DNA of 64,000 nt from Longimicrobiales bacterium (GCA_965197725.1 CBDANQ010000015.1:1-64000), one strand, 5' to 3'. Shown: positions 1 through 8,480, numbered from the stretch's first letter. Numbers and translations: made by a program. The notes: a model not told the origin generated them from the sequence alone.

Positions 1-326
1 TCACCAGCACTGACTACGACATCCCCCGGTGGTCCGCTTCCCGCCAACGCGGCCGCCAGGCTCATGCCGAACGTGGTGTTCGGTACGAGCGCGATCTCGT
101 TCGCTGACGCACCGATCAGTTCGCCGAGCGTTGAGCGGCACCGGTGCTGAGCGGCACCCAATTCCCGCTCCTCGAAGCCATGCGTGCGATTCCGACGGAG
201 CGTGAGTTCGGCAGACTCCTGTGCCGAGGAGTCCGGGACCAATCCCCAGCTCGCGGTGTTGAAGAAGACCCCCTCCGAAGGCCGGGCGTACTCGCGGGCG
301 CGAACCCGCGCGATGGTTCCGGTCAC
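1..326 (-). CDS. Aminotransferase class V-fold PLP enzyme (cysteine desulfurase/isopenicillin epimerase-like), 5' part only; runs off the window
   Basis: Not in the ORF track. Manual translation from GTG at 326 gives ...GVFFNTASWGLVP...RCRSTLGELIGASANEIALVPNTTFGMSLAA..., matching the class V N-terminal motifs. Confidence 0.75.
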   Translation of the reverse strand, partial: MTGTIARVRAREYARPSEGVFFNTASWGLVPDSSAQESAELTLRRNRTHGFEERELGAAQHRCRSTLGELIGASANEIALVPNTTFGMSLAAALAGSGPPGDVVVSAG

Positions 327-342
327 GGCCCCCGCACGGGCG

Positions 343-591
343 TCACGCCGGTGGCAGCCCGGTATCCCGCCCGACGGCCGACCTGAGCCTCTTACGCAGT
401 TCTACGATCGACATCGTCATAAGAGTCCGGCGTGCCGTGCGCTCGGAGTTCCAACGGACGTCGACCAAGACATTCTCCTCACCGGCGTCGTTCGTGAAAA
501 CCAGATAGAATCGGCCCTTGTAGTCCGCGCCAGCCTCTTCACGGACCGACGCGGTCCAGGTCCGATCTCCCGCGTCTGAAAAGTCTCGCAT
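343..591 (-). CDS. Small hypothetical protein (82 aa)
   Basis: ATG with a GAGAGA purine tract upstream; globular-looking sequence (MRDFSDAGDRTW...VELRKRLRSA); co-oriented between the AraC gene and the aminotransferase. Confidence 0.7.
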   Translation of the reverse strand: MRDFSDAGDRTWTASVREEAGADYKGRFYLVFTNDAGEENVLVDVRWNSERTARRTLMTMSIVELRKRLRSAVGRDTGLPPA

Positions 592-622
592 CGTTCTCTC
601 GCTTCAGGTCCAACCGACGTCA

Positions 623-1444
623 CTACGCGACGAACAAACTTGACGGCCGGTCGCGTCCCAGGCCACACGTCTCGAGGAATGCGTGCAACACCGGCTTGAG
701 ACCTCCAGCCTCCCGGATCCCCATCGGCGTCGCCCCCGTGTAGTTCCGCAAAGCGCGTCGAAACGCAGCTCCGCTGGAATACTCCAGTTGGCGGGACACG
801 CTCTCGCCGGTCCGACCCGGGTCCCCGAGCCAACGGCCCGCGTGCAGGAGCTTGGCCCACACGAGCAGGTGACCCGCAGACGGAAGTCCGGTCGCCTTCA
901 AGCGAACGGACAAGTGAGCCCGTGTAAGCCCGGCACGCGCCGCCAACTCGCCGGTCGTCCAGCCGAGCTGAGCACCTCGCAGCGCAAGGCGCACCGCCAA
1001 GGTCTCGCTGCCCGGCAGATAGGCACTCACGGCGCGGGTTACCAGAGCCTCGGTGCTCAGGTCGAAGCCGACGCGCATCGCCCTGGCGACCCCCGAATAC
1101 AGCTCGTCGAGGTGTGTGAGAACAAGGCTTCGAAGTCCCGCGCGTCCCAGCCGGAAAAGACCCTGCGGATCGGTGCCGGAGCGCGCCACGAGCACGAGCC
1201 AAAGACTGGGAAAGCGAACGGTGAGCTCCTCGACGGCAGCCTCCAGGCCCAGGTCCCTAGGAACCAGCTCGGCGTCGAGTACCACCCCGGTCACCGGTCT
1301 CTCCGCGGCGAACCCCATCATCCGGACCCACGAGCTCGTACGGAGGAGCGCATGATCCGTCCATACCGCGTTGGACACAGCGCGGAGGACCTCTTCATCC
1401 CCAGTGAGAAGCGCGAAAAGGGACATGATCTTCGAAAAAGACAT
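623..1444 (-). CDS. AraC-family transcriptional regulator with N-terminal receiver-like domain
   Basis: C-terminal double HTH (ELAARAGLTRAHLSVRL...VSRQLEYSSGAAFRRALRNYTGATP). N-terminus has a REC-like pattern (RPVTGVVLD...LTVRFPSLWLVLVA). Start is ATG 1444 or 1426. Confidence 0.8.
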   Translation of the reverse strand: MSFSKIMSLFALLTGDEEVLRAVSNAVWTDHALLRTSSWVRMMGFAAERPVTGVVLDAELVPRDLGLEAAVEELTVRFPSLWLVLVARSGTDPQGLFRLGRAGLRSLVLTHLDELYSGVARAMRVGFDLSTEALVTRAVSAYLPGSETLAVRLALRGAQLGWTTGELAARAGLTRAHLSVRLKATGLPSAGHLLVWAKLLHAGRWLGDPGRTGESVSRQLEYSSGAAFRRALRNYTGATPMGIREAGGLKPVLHAFLETCGLGRDRPSSLFVA

Positions 1445-1543
1445 ACCAGGAACCTTAAGAGATGTTAACAAGGGCGGAGCGTTCGTCAACGTTGAGGGCG
1501 GCGGCCGGAGGACAGGCCGATCAGATCCTATGAGGAGTCAGAT

Positions 1544-1700
1544 ATGAAGACCCTACTACGCTCGTTGCTCGTACTGACGCTCATCGTGAGTGCGGGTGCG
1601 TGCACGTCTACGATTCTCGGGCCTTCCGCGGACGTCGGAGCCCACCACCCAGACGGCGGACCCTGACCCCGGCGCGCACAACCCGGACCCCGGAGCCTAG
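1544..1700 (+). CDS. Small secreted/lipoprotein-type precursor peptide with 7-aa repeats; frameshifted at about 1661 as sequenced
   Basis: GAGGAG at 1532-1537, ATG at 1544. Reads MKTLLRSLLVLTLIVSAGA-CTSTILGPSADVGAHHPDGGP* (stop 1664-1666). The +1 frame continues PDPGAHNPDPGA* to TAG 1698-1700. Below the ORF-track size cutoff. Confidence 0.75.
1637..1697 (+). repeat. Imperfect 21-nt tandem repeat encoding GAH(H/N)PD(G/P)
   Basis: Units ggagcccaccacccagacggc (1637), gga+ccctgacccc (1658, 8 nt short), ggcgcgcacaacccggacccc (1671), partial ggagcc (1692). Confidence 0.8.
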
Positions 1701-1719
1701 CAGACCCGTCTCGGAGCCT

Positions 1720-3471
1720 TCAGGCTTCGGTGCCGACCGCCTCCGCCCTCATCTCCCTCAGGCCGATTCGAAGTTCGGCCGAGGTTGCGACCGGGGGCGC
1801 TGGTGCCGGAATCCGCTCGGGCGTGTCCAAGGACTTCAGCGCCTCTTCCGCTAAGAAGAGGCTGCGGTTGAGGCCGGCGTCCTCGGCAAATCGGACTGCC
1901 CTGGTTAGCCATGCGCTAGCCTCTGTCCAGCGCCCCAGGGCACGGTACGACAGCCCCCGGTAGTACAGGATTTCGGCGGCTGCCGTGCGTTGCCCGTTCT
2001 CCCACCCGAGAGCGTCGCACCGCGCGGCCCGAAGCTCGAAGCCAGACTCGTCACCACGCTGTGCCGCTAAGTACGCCAGCGCGTCCCAGGCATAGATCTG
2101 GTAGTATGTCTCACGAGACTCGTGTGCCACCACGGTCCAGGCGTCCTCGGCCGCGGACCATTCGCCCGCCTCGGCCAGCACGCCTCCCAGGACTGCCAGG
2201 CAAACTACGCGATAAGACTCTTCTTGGGTGGTGGTGACCGCCTGCCACCCGTATTCCAACGCCAACGGAAGCTCATCAGACATGCTCGCAAGCGTTGACA
2301 GCTCGACGTAGATCAGTGCTTCCGCACTCGGGTCCTCGCTGGCCGTGGCCAATTCGAGCGCGTCCGCAAGTTGGGCCCGAGCTGCGGGCAGGTTTCCCCG
2401 TTCCCGATGGATGACCGCGAGCCCCGCCGTCGTCCGAGCGGCTCCGCTCTGGTCACCAACGGTGAGCGCCACGTCCTTCGCGAGCATATACCACTCGCGA
2501 GATTCGTCCCAACGAGCGAGTCGGCGCAGCACACGTCCTGAGAAGCGGGCAGCCTCGATCGCTTGAGATGGAAGGCCGGTCGCCGCCGCGATATCATACG
2601 CACACGCGTACAGTTCGAGCGCACCGTACTGGTGTCCCTCCGCCTCGACTTCCGCGCCGAGATCGGTGAGAGTAACCGCAAGTTCGTCGAACCGGATCGC
2701 CTCCAATGCGTCCAGGACTTGGTGCCAAAGGCCGACCTCCGCGCACTCGTCGAAGCCGGCCGCCGCGATTTCCCTTCGCACCGAGCTTACTTGCTCCGCC
2801 ACTCGATCCGCGGGAAACGTCAGGTCGTCGTCGATCAACATCCGAGCCAATCGCACGACCGCGAAGCGCTGGCTGATCTTGCGACTGACGCCTTCATCGG
2901 CCTCCCGCCCCTCGATATCCTTGAGGGTCGGCCAACCCGCAAAACGCCGTTCGGAACTGCCCGCCTCTCCGCACTCGGCCTCCGTCGCGTCCAGATCTCG
3001 GTGCAGAACCACAGCGGAGCATTCGCCCGCATGGAACATGACCCACTCACGCGCCTTCTTGTCGAGCATCGCTCGAGGAGCCGCCGACTCGGCGACGAGG
3101 AACCAGGCCCGGGTACCGTCGCTGCCCAGCGCGACCGCCAGCGAGCTCGGCAGGGTGGACGTACCAGGCTCATCGAGTGCACCCGGAACCCCCAGTTCCC
3201 AGGCCCTGCGCAGAGGCTCTGCCGCGAACGAGCGGCGGGGCCGGTCTGAACGCAGGTCCAGAACCACGTGGGGATGCACCAGGCCTGGGCCGTACTCATC
3301 GACCCACACGATCGCAAGGCGATCCGCTCCGGTGATGGCGGCACACTCAGCGACGTGTTTCAGGAGCGCGAGGCGACTCTCCGAGGCACCATATAGCGAT
3401 TTCGCGATCCGCAGGCGCTGGGCGCGCCGATATCGATAGTCCCCGAACCGGAGAACGTTGGAAGTGGACAC
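1720..3471 (-). CDS. Tetratricopeptide-repeat protein with N-terminal GAF-like domain
   Basis: C-terminal Ala-rich helical repeats (GRVLRRLARWDESREWY; LAVIHRERGNLPAARAQLADAL; YYRGLSYRALGRWTEASAWLTRA). N-terminal GADRLAIVW...LAVAL...WFLVAES fits a GAF fold. Likely start GTG 3471 after AGGAAAG; the ORF extends to 3534. Confidence 0.75.
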   Translation of the reverse strand: MSTSNVLRFGDYRYRRAQRLRIAKSLYGASESRLALLKHVAECAAITGADRLAIVWVDEYGPGLVHPHVVLDLRSDRPRRSFAAEPLRRAWELGVPGALDEPGTSTLPSSLAVALGSDGTRAWFLVAESAAPRAMLDKKAREWVMFHAGECSAVVLHRDLDATEAECGEAGSSERRFAGWPTLKDIEGREADEGVSRKISQRFAVVRLARMLIDDDLTFPADRVAEQVSSVRREIAAAGFDECAEVGLWHQVLDALEAIRFDELAVTLTDLGAEVEAEGHQYGALELYACAYDIAAATGLPSQAIEAARFSGRVLRRLARWDESREWYMLAKDVALTVGDQSGAARTTAGLAVIHRERGNLPAARAQLADALELATASEDPSAEALIYVELSTLASMSDELPLALEYGWQAVTTTQEESYRVVCLAVLGGVLAEAGEWSAAEDAWTVVAHESRETYYQIYAWDALAYLAAQRGDESGFELRAARCDALGWENGQRTAAAEILYYRGLSYRALGRWTEASAWLTRAVRFAEDAGLNRSLFLAEEALKSLDTPERIPAPAPPVATSAELRIGLREMRAEAVGTEA

Positions 3472-3626
3472 AGCTTTCCTTGCAAATACTATGTCGGGGG
3501 CATCTTCCAATCTAGCGACGGTCGCCAGGGTCACACAACGACCCAGTCGACCAATTCCCCCATGACTCTCTCCAATCGGGCCAATCGGGGCCTCCCCACC
3601 GATCTCGGACTGCGGCTCATGGGAGG

Positions 3627-4400
3627 TCAGTCGCCCGAGCCCAGCTGATCCCGGTGGAGAAGCTCGGGAAACTCGTAATACAAGACGCCTTCCTTCGAGA
3701 TTTCCGAACGGATGCGAAAGCCGTCGTCCATCGACGTGAGGATCTTGTCGGCGGTGGCAATCGGCAGGTTCATGTCCGCCGCGACCTCCGTAACGGTCAG
3801 CCTCCCCCCCCTCATGCCGGCGAGCTTGAGGATTTTCCTCTCGAGCCCCTGCATGATCGCCTTACGGCGATCCTGGAGGCCCTGCCATCCCCAGTAGAAC
3901 ATGCCGGATCCACCAGCTCCCAGGACAGAACCTAACGCAACCACGCCCATCTCCCATTGCACGAACCCCATCAGTACCATGAAGCTCGCCAATAGGACCA
4001 TGGCCACACCCAGGATCCGGCGCTTGAGGCCGGCGCTCGGTAGCGGCTCGTCGGGCTGCACCTCGAGCATGAACCTCTCGGCGTCCGGACCGGTGACCGC
4101 GAGCGCCCTCGACGCGTGCTCCCAACCCAGGGCGCAACGCGGACAGATGAGGTGCTTGCGACGGGCGGCCCAGTAGATGAGGCCGCCGAATCCATATGTG
4201 AGCACCGACACGACGACGAGCAGGCCAACGTGTCCCGCCCTCCGGAAATAGGGAATCCCCTCGCCCTGGTAGGAGCACTTGGGGCACCGGCGCATTCCCG
4301 TGGGTCGCGACAGCGCCATTCCGACCGGCGTGGACGTCCCGCACGTGGGACACCGTACAGCGCCCGGTTGGAGATTCTCGCCGCAAGTAGAACAGCGCAT
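3627..4400 (-). CDS. Zinc-ribbon membrane protein with C-terminal winged helix
   Basis: Four CxxC motifs (CSTC, CPTC, CPKC, CPRC), hydrophobic segments, and C-terminal ILKLA...LTVTEVAADMNLPIATADKIL...GVLYYEF. Confidence 0.75.
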   Translation of the reverse strand: MRCSTCGENLQPGAVRCPTCGTSTPVGMALSRPTGMRRCPKCSYQGEGIPYFRRAGHVGLLVVVSVLTYGFGGLIYWAARRKHLICPRCALGWEHASRALAVTGPDAERFMLEVQPDEPLPSAGLKRRILGVAMVLLASFMVLMGFVQWEMGVVALGSVLGAGGSGMFYWGWQGLQDRRKAIMQGLERKILKLAGMRGGRLTVTEVAADMNLPIATADKILTSMDDGFRIRSEISKEGVLYYEFPELLHRDQLGSGD

Positions 4401-4492
4401 GGACCGTCGGAAACAGATGGTTGCCTAAATCGACTCTGCTCCTTACGCGGAGCCAAGTGAGAAGATTCAGCCCTTTTAGCCTGCTTTACCGG

Positions 4493-6634
4493 CTAGCTCA
4501 GCCGAATCACCCGCATCCTGAGGGCCGCTCCGGAAGGGCTCGCCCTCGCCCCCCCGGCCTCACCGCCGAGTCGTAACGTCACCGAGCCTTGCGAGGTCGG
4601 TACCACAATGTAGTAGCGCACGGACGAGGACCATAGCGATCCCGACCGCGTGAAGTCGGCGGATCCGAGCGTTTCGGGCAGCAGCACATAGTCGTCGCCG
4701 AGAAGTTCCCGGAGATCCAGTCCCGGATAAGTGAGACGGATCCCTACCGCCTCGTGCCCATCCACGTAGGTCGCTGTCCACCAGTCGGCGAGCAGCTCCT
4801 CCCATGGGACGCCAGCACGCGCCGTGACGTTGTCCGTCCCGGTCGTGGTCGTGCGCGTGAGCTGTCCGAGAACTCCCCCTCCCTTCTGCGCGGCCAGGTA
4901 CAGTACGTGCAGCCATCCCCCGCCGCGTTCCTCAAGCGACCCGCTACCTTCGGCCACGAGCAGGCTCACGTCCGACGGGTCGAGTAGGTATTGGCGGGCC
5001 CGTTGCAGGTTTCCCCTTCTAAACAGCTCAACGGCGTGTGCGTTCTCATCCAACTCATACTCGCGTGCGACCAACTCCTCGGCCATCTGCGCCAGCCCCT
5101 CGGAAAGCCACAGCGCCTCGGTGGACGCGGCCTCGAGGACCAGGACCCGTTGGTTGAAGTGCACCATGTGTTGGAACTCGTGCGCCAGAACCGCAGGCGT
5201 AGCTTCGAGCACCCGGTCCTTCGGCCTCGGGTCGGAAAACTGTCCGTCCGGGTCCGGCACCTGCGCGTAGAAGATCTCCGCGTCGTTGCCGCCTTCACGT
5301 TGGGGGAGCAGGTCGATACCGAAGAAGAAACCGCCCACCAAGCCGTCTGAGCCCTTCGGAGTGAGGCGATTCACCGTGGGCGTGAAGAGGATGATGACAC
5401 GTTGGTTGCCGTCGAGGTCCGACACGCCTCCGAAGGCATCCGTCACCGTCGGATATATGACTTCGTCGAACTGCCGCGTGAAGTCTTCCAGGTCGTCCGG
5501 ACCAAGGCCTCCCACGGGAGCCGTCTCGTCCACGTATAGCACGGCTTGGGAGCCCACGTACTCCGCCATCGCGGTGACTTCGTCGAAGTCACTGTCCGCG
5601 TTGAACACCTGGAAGGTACGGCGGTCGCCCACACTCGGTACGACGGACTCGACTCGAAGGGCCGCCGACCGTGTCCGGGCGACCCCCTCGCGCACGAGCG
5701 CGGCCTCACGGCGTCTGAGCAGTGCCTCGAAGCGCGTCTGCGGCGGCACGCCTCCGTCCGTCGGTATCGCGCGAGCAGTGGGCACCCCTTGACCTTGAGC
5801 GAGCGTCGACCCACCACCGATGAGTCCAGCCACTTCGAACCCGTGCTGTGCCGCACCGATCGTGCTGGCCGACATCGCTAGCACCAGGTAGGACGCGCCA
5901 CCGAGACCGGGCATGCGCAGACACGGAAAACTGGAGTCATCGGCCACCTCGACGACCTCGCCCACCGCGAGCACCGTTGTCTGGGTGCCCCCAACCACTT
6001 CGAGCGCGCGGGCTTCGCTCTTCACGGCGCCCAGCTGCGCTGTCACCTGAACGGACCGGCTCGGCAGGCACGTAGGCACCACGACCTCGAGCTCGGTGGT
6101 GCTCGCCGAGGTCACGCGTCCGCGGATGCCCGAGAAGAGTACGACGTTGTGATCTGGTGTTGGGCTGAAGCTGTTCCCCAGCAGCGTGATCGTGGCTCCC
6201 GCGGGCGCCTCTGCGACGGAGAGCGCGTCGAGCACCGGCCGATCCACCGCGAAGAGCGTGAAGTTCACCGTCGCGGACTCCTGTTCGGTGACGGTGGCCT
6301 TGATCACGACCTCACCCGGTGCGCCGCCAAGGCGCATGCTCGCAAACGCCGAACCCGACTCGTCGGTCAGCGTGGCTGGTGAGCCCGTGAACGTCGCCTC
6401 GCCTTCGACGACCTCCCAGAGGACACCGACCTCCTTCTTCGGCTTCCCGGTCGACGCCGTGCGCACGAATACCTGTAGGCTCGCAGGCAGCGCCTGTCCC
6501 AAGGCCCCGAACTGTCCGTCACCACTCGCCACGACGATTTCCACGAGCGGGAGAGCCGGCTCCATCGGGTTCTCGCCACACGCGGTCACACAGAGGAGGA
6601 GGGCAGCCGCCGCTCGTACGCAAGTGGTTCTCAA
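4493..6634 (-). CDS. Lipoprotein zinc metallopeptidase (M30/hyicolysin-like) with Ig-like and IPT/TIG domains
   Basis: Lipobox VTAC, Ig-like SGDGQ...L.V.V, IPT-like GATITLLGNSF...VVVP, HEFQH followed by WLSEGLAQMAE. TTG 6634 overlaps the upstream stop (TTGA). Confidence 0.75.
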   Translation of the reverse strand: MRTTCVRAAAALLLCVTACGENPMEPALPLVEIVVASGDGQFGALGQALPASLQVFVRTASTGKPKKEVGVLWEVVEGEATFTGSPATLTDESGSAFASMRLGGAPGEVVIKATVTEQESATVNFTLFAVDRPVLDALSVAEAPAGATITLLGNSFSPTPDHNVVLFSGIRGRVTSASTTELEVVVPTCLPSRSVQVTAQLGAVKSEARALEVVGGTQTTVLAVGEVVEVADDSSFPCLRMPGLGGASYLVLAMSASTIGAAQHGFEVAGLIGGGSTLAQGQGVPTARAIPTDGGVPPQTRFEALLRRREAALVREGVARTRSAALRVESVVPSVGDRRTFQVFNADSDFDEVTAMAEYVGSQAVLYVDETAPVGGLGPDDLEDFTRQFDEVIYPTVTDAFGGVSDLDGNQRVIILFTPTVNRLTPKGSDGLVGGFFFGIDLLPQREGGNDAEIFYAQVPDPDGQFSDPRPKDRVLEATPAVLAHEFQHMVHFNQRVLVLEAASTEALWLSEGLAQMAEELVAREYELDENAHAVELFRRGNLQRARQYLLDPSDVSLLVAEGSGSLEERGGGWLHVLYLAAQKGGGVLGQLTRTTTTGTDNVTARAGVPWEELLADWWTATYVDGHEAVGIRLTYPGLDLRELLGDDYVLLPETLGSADFTRSGSLWSSSVRYYIVVPTSQGSVTLRLGGEAGGARASPSGAALRMRVIRLS

Positions 6635-7656
6635 CGCGGTCCTCGCTCGCGCTCGACGCTCAACAAGTCGAGGATCGGGGTGCCGGTCAGAACGGATGCC
6701 CCAGTCCGGACTCTGGCCGTCACGGTGACGAACTCGAGCGGAACCCATCCTTCCACTTCCGTCAGGCGATCTGGCGGGACAGCGACGTACACGAACGGTC
6801 CGCCCTCGCCACCATAGCGGCACAAGAGGAACGGCTCCCCCTCGAAGAAGTCCGTTCGCACCGCCTCCGCCTTCTCCTGAGAGATGAACTGTAGACGCCA
6901 CGAAACGACGCGCCCGGCGAACGCCTCGGGCTCCACAGCGACATCGTCGGGCGACAGGACCGCGGGTTCGTCCGAGCCATCGTCGGACGTAGGGGTGTCC
7001 GGCTGCCATATCCATCCCTCTACTCGGACGCGGACCCAGTTCCCCTGCCTGGCGGTCACCTCGAGCTCAGCCCGTGGAGCCGCCCTTGCGAGCGTGTCAC
7101 CGTCTGGCGCCGTGAGAATCGCAGCCCCGTTCGCTCCGACGTCCGTAAAGCCGGCGGGCCGGCTCGTCGACGGAGGCGAAGGAGTCGGGGTGGTGGGCGA
7201 GGCTGCCGTGGGCACGCCCGCGACCTCGGCTAGGGAGGGGCCCCACACCCACCCCCGACGGCGGATCAGAATCCACCCCGGAACCCGACGGACCTCCTCG
7301 AGTAGGGTGCCACGTGCCAAGCGTCCGAGGATCGTGCCCGATGGCGCGTCCCTGAGGTTCTCTCCCTCTGGCTCGGAAACCACGAGCTCGAGGGCCGCAT
7401 CGATACTCACTTGCAGCGAGCGGGTCCACATCCATCCCTCGAGATCCATCTGGACCCAATTGCCCCGCCGCTCCACGATCCGCATCGGAACTCCCCCATT
7501 GAGGCGGGCGAGGACCTCACCGTTGGGGGTCCTGCGGAAATTCTCCTCCGCACGAAGGCGCGCAGTGCCCTGTGCGTGGACCCCCTCGGCGCCGAGCAGA
7601 AGCAACCAGACAACGAGGAGAAACCATCCATGCGAACTACCTTTCTGGCTCGACAT
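6631..7656 (-). CDS. Secreted protein with three SH3b-like domains
   Basis: Signal peptide (VHA-Q); three repeats of R..P.G..L.RL...GNWV....GW.W; Pro/Thr-rich linker. Confidence 0.75.
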   Translation of the reverse strand: MSSQKGSSHGWFLLVVWLLLLGAEGVHAQGTARLRAEENFRRTPNGEVLARLNGGVPMRIVERRGNWVQMDLEGWMWTRSLQVSIDAALELVVSEPEGENLRDAPSGTILGRLARGTLLEEVRRVPGWILIRRRGWVWGPSLAEVAGVPTAASPTTPTPSPPSTSRPAGFTDVGANGAAILTAPDGDTLARAAPRAELEVTARQGNWVRVRVEGWIWQPDTPTSDDGSDEPAVLSPDDVAVEPEAFAGRVVSWRLQFISQEKAEAVRTDFFEGEPFLLCRYGGEGGPFVYVAVPPDRLTEVEGWVPLEFVTVTARVRTGASVLTGTPILDLLSVERERGPR

Positions 7657-7774
7657 CAGGGCTGAAACGATCCGGGTCGGATGGTGTTAGAAGTCCGTCC
7701 ACTCAGCCTGAAATCTGCCCGGGCTGTCGAATACCGTCAATAAATCCAGCTTGGGAGAGGAGCGCTTTCCCTCC

Positions 7775-8470
7775 ATGCGCGTTTCGCTGCGTACTCTTGG
7801 CGGTGCCGCACTGCTGGCGCTCATGCTGGCGCCGTCGTGGGCGGACGCCCAGACCATACCGTCCCCGTACTCGTATTTCGAGGCCAAGCAAGAGACCGGT
7901 CCGGTCATCGGGTACATGAGCACCGCCACCGGTCGTTTCGGCTACGGTCCCCCCGGGGGGACGCTGCTGGGAGGCCGCTGGGGCATCGAGGCTACGGGCC
8001 CGCTGTCCTTCGAGGCTGTAGGAGGTCTCGTCAGCGGGAGCCGAGACATCGTGAACCCCGGTCGCGACGAAGGAGAGCGAACGGTGGGAGAAGCGGACGT
8101 GAGCATAATGACCGTGGATGCGCGCTTGAAGTTCAGCCTCACTGGTGACCGCACCTGGCACGACATCGCCCCTTTCATCCTGTTCGGAGCCGGTGTGGCA
8201 TTCGACCTGGCCGATGCCGACCCACTCGAAGACGACCTGGAACCCGCGGACCGCTTCGCTTTTGACAACTCCTTCTTCGGCACGGTTGGCGGGGGAAGTC
8301 GATGGTTCCTCACGGATCGATTTGGGGTGCGGGCAGACGCTGTTTTTTCGCTTTGGAAGCTCAAGACGCCGCCCGGATTCAGTGATCCTGAGCGGGACTT
8401 CGTCAACGTTGAAGAAGGTGAGTGGGTAAGGGGCCTCAGCTTCACCATGTCGGGCCTGTGGCGCTGGTAG
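7775..8470 (+). CDS. Outer-membrane beta-barrel protein
   Basis: Signal peptide (ADA-Q), alternating aromatic/Gly beta strands, terminal aromatic residue (GLWRW). Confidence 0.7.
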   Translation: MRVSLRTLGGAALLALMLAPSWADAQTIPSPYSYFEAKQETGPVIGYMSTATGRFGYGPPGGTLLGGRWGIEATGPLSFEAVGGLVSGSRDIVNPGRDEGERTVGEADVSIMTVDARLKFSLTGDRTWHDIAPFILFGAGVAFDLADADPLEDDLEPADRFAFDNSFFGTVGGGSRWFLTDRFGVRADAVFSLWKLKTPPGFSDPERDFVNVEEGEWVRGLSFTMSGLWRW

Positions 8471-8480
8471 TGACGGAGCG

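Noticed and set aside
1637..1700. Short repeats as a mini CRISPR array
   Set aside because: The 21-nt units are contiguous, have no spacers and vary at wobble positions; there are no cas genes.
1544..1700. Peptide as a RiPP precursor
   Set aside because: No modifying enzyme or dedicated exporter is adjacent, and the leader is Sec/lipoprotein type; the neighbours are regulatory. Not fully excluded.
3481..3497. Sigma54-like CCGACATAGTATTTGCA before the TPR gene
   Set aside because: It has GA instead of the invariant GG and is too close to the probable start codon.
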